A stretch of DNA of 64,000 bases from Lama guanicoe. Lineage: Eukaryota. Positions 39,215-52,539 of this stretch are shown here, one piece after another. Both the position numbers and the translations under genes were made by a program. The stretch covers positions 682,001 through 746,000 of the forward strand of contig MU054212.1 in assembly GCA_013239625.1 (NCBI GenBank), in the 5' to 3' direction. Each line of letters begins with the position of its first letter. Within the stretch, counting starts at the first letter, position 1. A model generated the notes under the pieces. That model saw nothing but the letters and a program-made list of their open reading frames with translations. It made no database searches and had not been told where the DNA came from.

Positions 39215-40096
39215 GTAGGCTGTCAGCTAACTGTCTTTTTTATGGGATGTAACATTCAAATATTTTTCTCCCTCTGAGATAAATAAGATGACTGGATTCT
39301 TAGAAATTAAAGGAAGGGTTTAGTTACGGGTTGCTTTCAAGATTGCAGAGACAAGGATCGATTTGTCAGATTTCATTTTTTGCAAGAATTGATTGCATGC
39401 CTCACATTTGACTGTTGAATTAAATTTCCAAGGAAGTAAATTTTTATTTTGGTTCTAAATATTTAAACAGCCAAGTAGACATTTAACACATGCACAGTGC
39501 TTTAAGAGAAGCTGGCCCGTAGTAAGCCTGCATGTTTACTGCCATTGTTATTGCATTAAACAGAGAATAGTGCCCTTAGTGGTGCAGTCTGACCACTGTT
39601 TCTGTGAGGCAGAGTAAACAGATTAGGGAAGGTAAAACTCAGTAATCACAGACTTGGGGCACGTTTGTTTGCCCTTTCTAAAGGAAATGAATTGTTAGCC
39701 CCAGATCCAGATAGGAATGATCTTTCTGAATGGTAGAATAACTTCATTTTGGAAATACCTTCTGAGCCTCCTGGAAAATTTTAATTCACAGGATTTAGTG
39801 ATTATTTTGAGTCTACTATTCATTCAAAGCAGTGCCAAACAGTTTTTTCTATTGCACTCATATTTATAGCTATGGAAGGTACAGTATGACAGACTAAATC
39901 CAGAAGGCAGCCCGGATGTGTGTGAGAGGACAGTGAGCAGAACCTGAGTGCAGTTCAACTTGAATTGGGGCATCTGTGGCTTGAGAATTATGGAAGGATT
40001 TCACTAGTGTCTTACAAGTACACTGGTCCCTGTTTTTTCATTTCTAAGAGAACCTTGCTAATACCTCTTACTGACTTTCTTGTATTTCTTTACTAG

Positions 40097-40204
40097 TTTT
40101 TCCAGAAAGGAGGAGTAAAGGAAGCCCTCGGTGAACGAGAACTCTTCAACGCCGTTTCCGGCTTAAACATCTCGGCGGATAATGAAGCTGATTTCCTCGC
40201 TGAG
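40097..40204 (+). CDS. RIOK3: RIOK3 exon 12 (FFQKGGVKEALGERELFNAVSGLNISADNEADFLAE)
   Basis: 108 nt; tag / gtaagc. Confidence 0.96.
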
Positions 40205-41172
40205 GTAAGCGTGGAAGGCTAGTCTTCACCGTGCTAATAGTGCGAAACTGGATAGAGTGGTAGCTAAAACCCAGAGCTAGTTTTATCCTCTCATCCCCTC
40301 AGAAACAAAATTAGAGATTTTTCTTGTCTTGAGACGTTTTTGGTCCTTCCCAGGCTTAAACCCTAGGATAAACATAATAGCAAAACACTTCTTCAAGGAG
40401 TTCACCGTTTGGCTGAGATGGACAAATAAGACATTTCCAGTATATGCCTTTTCCTCCTGTTTATGAATGAAGAAGTTGATGAGTAAGCACTTCGGGTGAT
40501 ACAAAAAGCAGTAACACATGGTCCCTGCTTTTAACTGAATATAAAAAGTCGGCAGTGGCCATCTTTGGAAACACCCAGTCATTACAATATGGATCTACAG
40601 AACCATAAAAAACCTCTCTCCGGGGAAGACTGAACAAAAACTGAAAAGTGAAACAGCAGCTAATTATTCCCAGGAACCTTCCAAAGCAGAGAATGATTGT
40701 AGTCCGTTCCAGAAATCCCCACTGTCACTTGAATTTGTCCAAAACTGTGCTGGAGCCTAAGGCCAGAAGAGAAGTAGTGAAAATGGTAAATCCAGCCTCT
40801 AGCTCAGGACACTTGCTCAGTACAGTTACTCGGCGTTACTGTTGCTGAATCAACATTGGAATTTCCTGTTTCCTGTTCCCTGAAAGATTTGTAGAGTGTA
40901 TGGTCAGACATATCTGATTCTAATTGCTAGCTTGATAAAGACACTCAATATTGACCCTGACAGTGTCATAAAGTAAAAAACGTACATGTATGTTTCATAC
41001 CATAATACATGCATGACCCACTATGGTATGTGTCACACACTGTAAGTCTAATTCAAGGCCAGTGTCCTTAGGAATAACCTAGTTTTAAGAGAGTAAAAAT
41101 ACTAGTTCAATCTCAGCATGGTTTCTGTCAAGGAGGAGTTTGACAAATGGATTCAACGTATTAATTTTGTAG

Positions 41173-41280
41173 ATAGAAGCTTTGGAGAAAATGAATGAAG
41201 ACCATGTTCAGAAGAATGGAAGGAAAGCTGCTTCATTTTTGAAAGATGATGGAGGCCCGCCAGTCCTATATGATGAATAG
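41173..41280 (+). CDS. RIOK3: RIOK3 exon 13 coding part (IEALEKMNEDHVQKNGRKAASFLKDDGGPPVLYDE*)
   Basis: 108 nt including TAG; summed CDS is 1560 nt = 519 aa with the frame intact. Confidence 0.96.
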   Translation: MEALEKMNEDHVQKNGRKAASFLKDDGGPPVLYDE

Positions 41281-43100
41281 CACTCATTCCCACTGCTTTC
41301 AGCGTTAACACAGCAGTGATTGTCAGCTGCCAGTGGCAAATGAAGTTATGGGTGACTTGAAATACCAAAACATGAGGAGTGTACAATGGTGCTTCTGTGC
41401 TTTTTTCCCCTTGTAACCCATATGCCAGGTGTGTGGAATTTTTAGGTCGGCATTGAGAGAATAAAATGTCACTACCTCTCATGATATGAACAGGATAATA
41501 TAATTCTTAACAGCTACAGGTTATCTAGCGGAAATCAGCCTGATTTTACAGGATTTGTGGCATAAGATGTTTTGATGAGAATTTTTAACATTTCCAAATA
41601 TGGGAGGAAGGGATGGATGTGTTTTCCAGGGAGGCTCTTATTACAACATACTTGCTTTTTTTCACCTCCCTGCTTTCTGTTGCATTTTTCCTCAAATATT
41701 TTATTGGCCAATATTAGCCCTTCTCAATTCTTTTTCCAGATTGTGACCATGACTCTAAAGGAAAATTTCTTCTCTTTAGTAGGTGATACAAATGGAAATT
41801 TGGTTTCAGAATGGCTGGCAGAAATAGACAAAGTACTTTTTATTGGTACATCATGAATATGAACTGAATTCTTCTTTTCCATAATCATATCCAAGGAAAG
41901 GCATCATACATTTCTGAAAAAAATAAATGTATAAGTAATTCTTAACTATCCAAATTTTTAAAATTTAACTTTCAGCTTTTCTACCTTTAGGCGAAATGGT
42001 TAGGATGTAACTCATGGTGCAGCCGCTCTGCATTTATAATGAAAATGTCAATTATCTGGAAGAAGGACAGAATAGAATATTTAACAATGTTTGACATATT
42101 TTAATGAAGTCAGTGAAACAAAGTCCAGTTTACAGTCACTCAAACTATATACTTACTGATTTTGAGACAAATAAAGCAAGCTAATTAGAAACATTAAATA
42201 ATCAAATGATGAAAAAGTACGTATAAAACAAGTCAGGTCCTAAATTAACCAACTAATTCAAACTATCTGGCCTCACTTTTAATAATTTTTAGTACTGTCA
42301 GGATGCCACTTCTTAAAGCAGGCACTGTACTGGGGAGGTACTTTGGCTTTGTTAGGATTGAAGCTCATTAACTACAGCATAATCATTCCTCCTATTACTG
42401 TAGTCAGATTGGAATCACTAAAGACCTAACCTTTCTGTCTAGTAATAGAAAGTAAAAATCTAACATTATTTACACTTGAAAGTTTCTCCATTAAAATTAT
42501 TTTAAAATGCCAAGTATGTTCTTTCTAGAAAAATATTTATTTTTGTTTCTGTTGTATAACTTTTAATTGCATTTCAGAGAAGTGTGATTTGGGGAGGATG
42601 CTCTTGTATTTCTGAAATGTTCACCATTCTGAAACATATATTTAGACGACTGGTGATTATTGGCTTTACAGAAATTTCAAAGAACTAATTTTTAAAACTA
42701 GTAACCATTAAAATTTTTTTGTTTTGTTTTCTGACGTACTCTGTTTGATAAAGAACAGCAAACCATTGCTGTGTGGCATTCTTGGAGTGTGCTGTGAACA
42801 TGCTTTTTAAGAAATTAAAAATGAAGAGATCATTTTAGAATTGGTTCTTTGTGTGGTTTCTTCTTGTTCCTTGAATTAACTTATGTCCTGGCACGAAATT
42901 ACCCCTTCTGTTTAAAATTAAACAGTGCTATTTTGAGCAGGTTTTTGCCCCCTCAACTTTCCATATTTAAATTTCACTTTTAAATAATAGGTTTTTTCCC
43001 TTGGTATAGATCGGAGAGTAAATTTTTCACACAGTGGAAACAGACTATGGAAAATGTTGGTTTGCTAAATAAAGAAATTATATATATGGGAAAAAATGGA
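41281..43100 (+). other. RIOK3: RIOK3 3' UTR with several candidate poly(A) signals
   Basis: AT-rich and apparently repeat-free; AATAAA at 41460, 41922, 42170, 43068; ATTAAA at 42814 followed by a GT-rich tract from about 42841; true end uncertain. Confidence 0.65.
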
Positions 43101-44344
43101 AATAAGGTTTTTTTTTGCCTCACTTTCATGGAAGTGGATATATGAATATGATTATTAATGATCAAAATAAGGAAGATTGTGGAGAGAATTTTTATTTCAA
43201 CAAGATAATTTTTTCCAGTTTCCTTTTTATAAAAAAGAAATCAGTTTTTCTGCTTACAAAACTAATACAAGCATGCTCATTTAAATTTAAGTATTACAGA
43301 AATTCAGAAATGCTAAAGTAAAGGTCCTTTGTATTCCAAAAATCTTTGCATATAGTGGGGCACACATCCCTGCCAATTTTTTTCCCTCAGCAAATGTTAC
43401 AGTCTCGTTTTTTAAAAAAAAACTTTGAACAGAAAATGAGAGGAAGCAAGGCAGCTGCTGGTGAAATGTTGATCATGGTAAACCCCAAAGGAAGATGAGG
43501 GAGAGGAGGCCTGAAGACGTGGGAGAGGCAGTACGTTTTTCCTGCTCATTTAGACCCTGGTCGTCGGAAGAGAGTGTCGTCTGCACCTCTGGAAATTCTG
43601 AGCAGTTTTCTAGCACTTTAGAAATTGCTAGGAAAAAGCTCATCTGATTGTATTTTCAAATCTTAGTATTTCTGTTTTTGAAGATATATATTTTTTTCTA
43701 TTGGTGTTTCATAAGGACTACATAAAATGAAAGAATGATTTAAGTTTTCAAAGTTTATACTTAAGACATCAGTTTATTCATTTGGAAGCCTTTTGTTTTT
43801 ATTCTTTGATTTCGTATTTGTTTCCCAATTCATAACTATAAAAAGGTTACATTTGGGAACAGCATTGCTTTTGCTATCTTAAGCTTTACAATTTTTCCCC
43901 AAATAGCTAGCTTTTTGAGGAGTTAAGACCACATATGGTAAAAAGATAAGGAAGTAGCAGATGGAAGCGGAAGGTAGGGTATTCATTACAGAGAAAACGA
44001 GTGAGCTACTACTTACAGCTCTAAACTCTTCTTTTAATCTCTAATGCCTTCTGGGATGGAAGGAACACGTAGTCAAATAGAATGCTTGATGCAAAACTGT
44101 AAAAACAGTGTCTGGATGAAGTGTCAAACAATGAGCCAAGATTTGTGAAAAATGTGGAAAACATCAAAAAGGGTTTGAACAGTTAAATCTTAAGCAAGAA
44201 GAAGAAACAAATGAGTCCATTGCTTGAAGTGTTAGTATATTGTTACTAAGTAACAAGAGAACTACTTATTTCCTATTGCATCTTTTTGAAGTTGTATTAT
44301 ATTTGGAAAATGGTAAAACAAACATTGGACAGAGCAGTTGAAGC

Positions 44345-45390
44345 CTGTTCCCTCAAATGTTTCCTCCCCCAAATCCATATGTTGAAGACTTAACCCCTGT
44401 TGTGACAATTGTATTTAGAAATGGGGTCTTTAAACTTTTTTACAGTAGCCAAGACATGGAAGCAGCCTAAATGTCCATCAACAGATGAATGGATAAAGAA
44501 GATGTGTATATATATAAAATGGAATACTACTCAGCCATAGAAAGGAATGAGATAATGCCACTTGTAGCAACATGGATGGACCTAGAGATTATCATACTAA
44601 ATGAAGTAAGTCAGACAAAGACAAATATCATATAACATCACTTATATGTGGAATCTAAAAAAAAAGACACAAACTTATTTACAAAACAGAAAGAGGCTCA
44701 CAGGCATAGAAAACAAACTTACGGCTGCCAATGGTGGGAGGATGAAGAAGGGGAAAGGTGGGAAAATTGACAGTTTGGGGTTGGCAGATACAAACTACTA
44801 TGTACAGAATAGATAAACAACAAGGTCCTGCTATATAGCACAGGGAACTGTATTCAATGGCTTGTAGTAGCCTGTAATGAGGGAGAATATGAAAAAGAGT
44901 ATGTATATATATATATGTATAACTGAATCACTATGCTGTACACCAGAAACTAATAGAACATGGTAAGTCACCTATAATTTTTTTTAAATGGGAAAAAATA
45001 AACTGTAAGCATCTGTTAAGAATCAAAAAAAATAAATAAGGGACCAATGACACATTAATACAAACAAACAAAGAAATAAATGGGGCCTTTAAGGAGGTGT
45101 AAATGTTAAGTGAGGTGATAAGGGTGGGGCCCTAATCCAATAGGAGCCGTGTCCTCATAAGAGGAGGAGGAGACACCAGAGATCTCTCTTCACGCAAGCG
45201 CAGAGGAATGCCCGTGTGAGGACGCAGTAGAAAGCAGTCATCTGCACTCCAAAGAGAAAGGCCTCAATAGACACCAACCCTGCACTTTGATCTTGGACTT
45301 CTCTCCTCCACAACTGTGAGAAATTAATTTCTGTTTTTTATGCCACCTAGTCTGTGGTGTTTTGTCGTGGTAGCCCAAGGAGTCTAAGAC
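44345..45390 (+). mobile_element. MLT1A/B-like LTR split by an L1 3' end (about 44434-45077)
   Basis: LTR halves rejoin across the near-perfect TSD aaatgggg(t/c)ctttaa at 44419-44433 and 45078-45092. Confidence 0.85.
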
Positions 45391-45919
45391 GAAGCCCAGG
45401 GTAGATACAGAATGTTTTTGGTGGGTGGAGGTGGGGGAGAGCGTCCTACTCCTTCAGCTGATTTAAAAATTTTGCTTGGATGAAAAATATCCAAGATATT
45501 TGGGGAAATTTTAAAAGGGGGAAAAAGGTATATATAAAGTATATTGCACATATAGAACTATTAAAATTGTTACCACCTGAACTTGCATGAATTTCTAAAA
45601 AACACTTTATTAAGCAGGGCTATTAAAATAGGGAAATACAACAGATAGGACTTTGGACATTAGCTCTCTCCTTCCCCCAACCCCCCATCCCATGAGCTGG
45701 AAAAATATAGACATCACAGTAGTAATTTTAAATTTGCTGCTGAGCAAAACCTACCAGCTAATCACTGTCAAACTAGATTCAGGAGACTCAGGACTTCATA
45801 TCAACCCTAGTTTATTCAGTGAGCTAGGCAATGACTTGACCAATGATATAGTTTCCAGTTATCAGGTTTGTGAAATGATAGGAATCTAAGAGTGAAATAT
45901 TCCAGAGTTTGTCTGACTA

Positions 45920-46930
45920 CTCACCCGTTGAAAGACATTTGGATGGTGGTTTCTGGTTTGGGGCCATTATGAATAAAGCCACTGCTAACATTTATATGTA
46001 GGTTTTTGCATGAACATAAGAGTGAAACTGCTGTGTTATATGACAAATGCATGTTTCGCTTTGTAAGAAACTCAGACTGTACCAGTTTACACTCCCACCT
46101 GCAGTGTTTCTCTACATCTTCATCACCACTTTGTATAATCACTTTTTTTTTATTTTAGGCATTCTCATAAGTGTGCTCTCTGTTCTGTTCCATTGATCCA
46201 TATGTCTGTTTTTATGCCAGTACCACATTGTTTTGATTACTGTAGCTCTGTAGTATTGTCTGAAATCTGGGAGGGTTATTCCTCCAGCTTTGTTCTTCTT
46301 CTTTTTTTTAATTTTTTCTTTAAAAATTGTGATTTTATATATATATATAATTTACCATTTTAACCATTTCTCAACATGCAGTTCAGTGGCATTAAGTGCA
46401 TTCACATTTTTATGCAACCATCACTATCATCCATCTTCAAAATTTGTTCATCTTCCCAAACTGAAACCCTGTATCCATAAAACACTCAACTCCCCATTCC
46501 CCCAACCTCTGGCAATGACCATGTTACTCTGTTTCTCTGAATTTGGGTCCTTCACATAAATATTCATCAATTTGTGTCTGGCTTATTTCACTTAGTGTAA
46601 TGTCTTCAAGGTTCATCCAGGTTATAGCATGTGTCAGAATTTCATTCTTTTTAAGGCTGAATAATAGTCCATTGTATGGACATTCCACATTTCGTTTATC
46701 CATTCATCTGACACTTGGGTTGTATCCATTTTTTGGCTATGCCAAATAATGCTGCTGTGAAGGTGGATGCACAAATATCTCTTTGAGTCCCTGCTTGCTT
46801 TGTGTATGTGTGTGTGTGTATACCAAAAAGTGGAATTGCTGGATCATGTAGTAATTCTGCTTAATTTTTTGAGGACTCTCCATACCATTTTCCACAGCCA
46901 CTGAACCATTTTACATTCCCACCGGCAATG
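45920..46930 (-). mobile_element. Several antisense L1 fragments
   Basis: L1 ORF2/3' UTR text such as atgccagtaccacattgttttgattactgtagc and ggaattgctggatcat. Confidence 0.8.
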
Positions 46931-49900
46931 CACGTGTGTGCGGCTTATAGAAAGTCACCCAGCTAAATTGCGTGCACTCCACAAGAGCAGTGGTCAGTGA
47001 GTGTGTCAAGTGGCCGTGCTGAGCAGCAGTGGTGGCAGAGCCAGGCACACAGCCCCCCGGAGTCTACACAGGAAGATCAAGTCATGCATAGTAGTGTCTG
47101 AAGGTGAACTCTAAATAAATTATTAAATTAAAGGATTTTCTCATGGTTCCTCAACAATTTTTGGTTCATCTGGAACCTAGAAATGTTAACACGTGGAACA
47201 ATAATTAGCAAAAAGATTCGGGTCCTTGTTTTCATTATTTTGTGAAAGCAGGAGTTCTTGTACCTTTCCTCAAGGTGCTGGAGTCACCAAGGCACCCGGG
47301 CGTACTGCAGCTCTTTAGTGCAGAAAATGGTCAAGAAAGGCTCCCTGTCCCCCTGGGATCTGCAGAGTTTTCTTTTTTAAATTTTGATCTAATATAAATG
47401 TGACTGAGAACTGAGGCAGCTGCTAGGCCCAGCTACCACACAACATGTCATATTAATAAGAAAAATAAACACAAAGGCATTATTTTACCCAAACACAATT
47501 TAAAACTAATTTAATTCTAGGGCACATCTTGCTCTCGGTATTTTATTTTTTAAATACTATTAAATGTTCATAGCAATTTTAATATAAAGGCATTTCAACT
47601 TAAATAGCAGCTCTGATGAGAAAGATAATTGTTTTATGCAAAGCCTTTAATTCACAATAAAATAGTTTTGAAATGGCAATGACTTAGCAGTCTTTTCCCA
47701 TTAACTATAAACTGCATCATATTACCATAAAATACTTCATATAGTGTAAGTCTACTTTATCCTTATTTACTTTCCGTAATGTTTATGGTGTGCCTATTAC
47801 ATGTTCTTCCTGAAATAAACTGCCTTCTTCTTCACCTGTCCAAGCCCTTCAGCCTCTGCATCCTCCAAGTAGTCCTTTTGTTTGACCACATTGATCTTCA
47901 AAGCAGGGATAGGTCAATAACCCCTGTAGGCCTTCCTGGCTCCATTACAATATTATATTCCTTGGATTTGTGTGTGTAATGTATACTGCGTTAGGATACA
48001 CTTTTTGGAGCCAGGGTAATGAATACTTTATACGTCCACGTTCTCCAAAGAACTTAAGAAAATGCTGATGGAAAGTAGGAGCTTTAGAAATATGAAAAGA
48101 AAAGTTCATATTCAGGTTTGACTTACGCAACGAAATAACTTGTGGCCCCCATTTGCTTATCTGTGAACAGGTGACAATCTGGTTGCAAAATGATCACTTG
48201 AGGAGGGTTTACTAAAAATAACAGACCCCCAAGCAAGGGGGCAGGAATAGGACCTGGGAATCTGAATTTTAAGAAACAGCCCACCTAATCCTGAAATGCC
48301 ATTTTAAAAAGCCCATTGTTAGTTGCTAACCTAATATCCATTTTTACCTTCTTTCCCACTAGAAACTCCAATTTTCTACAGTGCATAATGTGCCTAGTGA
48401 CAAGCTACATTCCCTAGACACTGTCGTAGCTAGTGTACACTCATAGCATGCTCATCTCCCCCACTTATATAGTGCAGACTCATTAGACATAATTTTGACC
48501 AATTAGATGTAAGCAGAGGTCGGGAAAGCTCTTAAAATCAAATGCAGCCAGCAGGAGCCTTTTTCCTTTCACCCTTCCCCTTTTTCCTTTCACCTTTCCC
48601 CTTTTTCCTGCCTGGGGACTGCAGACCCCATATTAGAAGTAAGCTGTCAGGTGATGAGTGTGAGGATGAAAGCCACACATGGAGGATGGATGACCAAGTG
48701 GAGAGAAAGAAGGGCTATGGATCTCTGAAGCATCATGGAACCTCAGTCCCAGTCCTGGGTGGCTTACTTCCATATTTCTTGTTCCCTGAGAAAAATTAAA
48801 GCCCTATTTAAGCTTTATTGTACTTTGGGTTTCCTGTTACTCGCAGCCAAATGCAATTTTAACTGACACAAAAGCTGGACAATAAAAACATCGAAGAAAT
48901 GAGAGGGCTGTATGTAGAACATCTGCAAGAACACTGTGGAATCCATTCACAAATGTATAATTAACAAAAACTTGGAAGAGCTGAAAGATATGACACATAG
49001 TTTCTTCTGTCAACAAAAACAACAACAAAAAAGTAAAGCAATGAAAAACTCCAGAAAAACAAAAAACTATATAACAAAGTCATCTTTTAGCTGAAGCAGA
49101 CAAAAATATGCCATGATTTTTGGTGGAGAATTTTGACCTTGATATTTGGGACATCCTTTTTTTCAAGTGGTCAAGTTTAGTGACCAAAAATCTCATTTCC
49201 TTTCCTATGGACTCAATCATTCCACAAGGTTCTATACTGAATGTTCATAATATTGTTTAAAATAATCATAGTATTGTAAACACTGTTACTTTTTAAAATT
49301 TAGACAAGGCACTGAATTTGTATTTATAGACTGTAAATGCCCTAAACGTTGACAATGTATGTTTGGAGTAGGGGAGAGGAAGGAGAGAAGGGGCTTGGTT
49401 TAGACATGCTGATCTCCCCCACTGATACAGTGTGGAGCCACTAAAACTTCCTGATGTTGATGGATCAAGAATGGAGGTCTAGGTATATTATATAATGTTA
49501 TGCAAGTTAATACTAGAACTAAAAATAATATAAATAACAAAAATTGAGAAGCATTGGGGAAAGGAATGTGAGAGGCAGACCAATGTGCTGAATTCCTCAT
49601 CTTTCTCAGAGCAGAAAGTAACATTTCCTTCAGGAAGCTGATAAAACAAGGTAAGTATACGAGAGTTACAGTGTTATCATCAGAATTAAAAAGAGAATCT
49701 GGTAAGAGTGGCTTCCTCTGGGTTGTGGCCTTGAGGATTGCTGGAGAAGAGGAATAAGACAGGAGTGTTTTTTGGTTTTTTTTTTTTTTACTTGATGTCT
49801 TCCATACTGTTGAGTTATTTTAACCCCCATGCATGCATTTCTTTCATAATTACAACAAGCATGTTTGGTTTATTTTTAAAGCTCTTGACAACCAACTAGC

Positions 49901-50147
49901 TTGTGGAGCCATTGAACTAGACAGTCTTGGGAAATGTCTTTGAGCGTAAACACTCCTGTGAGCTTTTACTCTGGTAGAGCTGCCGCAGGGGTGGGCAAGA
50001 TGTTTACTGTCCTCCCATGGGTTTCAATGTAAAAACAAGGTTTTAGAAAATTTTTGCCCAAATTTTATCTTCTGAAACAACTAAACACAGTTAAAAGAAC
50101 AATGTTTTGAAATTATTTAATGAATCATTTAAAACTGCAACTTTTTA

Positions 50148-50277
50148 GGGGGAGGGTCTAGTTCAGTGCTAGAGCACATACTTAGCATGCACGAGGTCCT
50201 GGGTTCAATCCCCAGTACCTCAATTAAATAAACAAACAAACCTAATTACCTCCCCCTCAACAAACATTTTTTTAAAA
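50148..50277 (+). mobile_element. tRNA-derived SINE (camelid Vic-1-like) with TSD
   Basis: A/B boxes and cctaattacctcccc tail; TSD gcaacttttta at 50137-50147 and 50278-50288. Confidence 0.88.
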
Positions 50278-50822
50278 GCAACTTTTTATTCCCTATAAAA
50301 TTGGATTTTAAATATTAGATTATTCTGATTTGTATAATGAACTTTTATTTTTCTCTGAAAATCAAATCAAGAGCAGAGAACAAGTTTGGCAGCAATCAAA
50401 AGACACAAACACAGGGAGCGCTTTGCATCAGTTCTTCAATTTAATCTTTAAAGAAACAGCAGAAAATGAACTGTTACATAAATAACTAAAGGAGGAAGAA
50501 AACACTACTAAGTAACAGAGGGAATTCACAGAACCTTCTGATAACAAGTAATTGTCAGGCCGGGGGGATACAACACAAAGATAATTCTCACCTAATTCTA
50601 ATTCTGGGCTGTCATTTATAACGATTTCCAAAGTGATATCAGGCACTTACAAATTTGAGTCCTGGTAACACCTGGAACCTCAAAATTCTAGAAATGTCTG
50701 TTGGTCCGTTTTTAGAGACTACTATCAGAGTGTTGATGTTTCCCAATGGAAGTTTGTTTTTTTTTTAAATTCGGGAAGAATAGGGAATCCTATATGGGCA
50801 TGGGGCAAATATTCAAATTATC

Positions 50823-51056
50823 TTTTTTTTTTAACATTTTTTATTGATTTATAATCACTTTACAATGTTGTGTCAAATTCCAGTGTTCAGCACAATTTTT
50901 CAGTCATTCATGGACATATACACACTCATTGTCACATTTTTTTCTCTGTGAGTTATCATAACATTTTGTGTATATTTCCCTGTGCTATACAGTGTAATCT
51001 TGTTTATCTATTCTACAGTTTTGAAATCCCAGTCTATCCCTTCCCACCCTCCACCC
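50823..51056 (-). mobile_element. Young 5'-truncated L1 3' end with TSD
   Basis: TSD caaattatcttt at 50814-50825 and 51057-51068; nearly identical to the reverse complement of about 27147-27377. Confidence 0.9.
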
Positions 51057-51257
51057 CAAATTATCTTTAATGCTGAACCATACAGAAAAAAAATAAATTT
51101 GTGACTGAAAGAGCTGAAGAGGCACAGACTTGGTTTGCCCAAGGCAGCTCTGGATCTCCTGGATTCTCCCTGCCTGCAGCAGCTGCCCAGGTGCTCAGCA
51201 CTTCTCAGGCCACAGTCACTGTCAAGCTCACGGTGTTCTGGGCCTCTTGCCCACGTC

Positions 51258-51340
51258 TATTATTATTATTATTATTGTTGTTGTTGTTATTATTATTATC
51301 ATTATCATCATCATCATCATCATTATTATCATTATTATTA
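51258..51340. repeat. Compound trinucleotide microsatellite (TAT)n(TGT)n(TAT)n(CAT)n(TAT)n
   Basis: Read directly; explains the homopolymeric ORFs in all three frames. Confidence 0.95.
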
Positions 51341-51519
51341 ATTTAGTTTTTACTAGAAAAGGGAGAGGAGTGCCCTCATCTTCCACCTGTAAACCTCCCA
51401 GCTTCCTTCTTCCCCTCAGTTACAGAAAAGACCAATCCCTCCATGTGTCCTCTGGGTCCCACCCCATGTCCGCTCACTTAGCTATCTCCTCTCCTCTGTA
51501 GGGCACCACACCAGACTTG

Positions 51520-51961
51520 CATGGTTCTTACATGAAGTTATGTTGGAGCAGCCTTGCTCCTGCTTTCATTTAAAAAACCTAACTCATTCCTACATCCTTC
51601 CACCCTCAGTCACCACCATCTCTATCCCTCTACCCTCTGAGACAAGAGTCTCCTGAACAGTCACTATGGATTTTTCGCTGGCTATCACCCCTTTCTCACT
51701 TCGCATCCTCACTTCTGCCTCCCACCCCTGCAGCGATGGTCTTCCCACGGAAACACCTGTGTCTTCCTGGGAAAAAACGGAGGACACTCTTCAGTGACCT
51801 CCTTGGCTGACATCTCAGCAGCCTCTGTCAAAGCGACTGCACCCCCTTCCTGAAACAGTCTCTACTCCGCTCCAGAGACAACCCCCTTCCTGGTTTTCTG
51901 TCTACTTCTGTGGCAGGCTCTGCTCTGTCTCCATTACCTGTTACTGGCCTCTAAAGGTTAG

Positions 51962-52004
<43 letters not shown>

Positions 52005-52310
52005 TGTGTTTCTTTATGACTCTGTCTTAGGTGATCTCATCCAATCCCATGGCTTCAAATAACATCTATATCGCAATCTCCCAACTTCTATCTCCAGTTT
52101 CGTCACTCTTCTGATGAGCTTCAGACCTATATATATACATCTATCTAGCTGTCATTTCTCCTGGGTGTCACATGTCCCAAACCCAGCTCTTGATTTCCAG
52201 CCTCCCCAACCCCGTTCACTGCCAAACTTTTCAAGCCTCTATAAGAGAATGGTGCCAAAATCATCTGGTTGTTGAGAATGGACCCCTAGGGGTTATCCGT
52301 GATCCTCCCT
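51520..52310. mobile_element. Degenerate L2 LINE remnant containing a (GT)19 repeat at 51964-52001
   Basis: L2-like text ggtgatctcatccaatcccatggcttcaaata..atctata and catgtcccaaacccagctcttgatt. Confidence 0.7.
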
Positions 52311-52539
52311 TTCCCCCTCTCGTCTCTCTCTTCTTTCCCTTGAATAAGGAAAGTCCTCCACCTACCTGCCCCCCTCAGATATCAAAGGTGGCAAATAAGA
52401 CTTTCTGGCCTGCAATGTAAACTAGTTTTTTTCCCCATTACATGCTCACAGCATCCATGTGCTGAAAACAGCACTGTTCTCTCAGAGGCAGACTGAAGAA
52501 GCCCTCCCGAGAGAAAGGATGAGCTTTCCCTAGACCTGG

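Noticed and set aside
51101..51501. ORFs with poly-L/S, poly-I/V and poly-Y/C/H tracts
   Set aside because: Translations of a trinucleotide microsatellite
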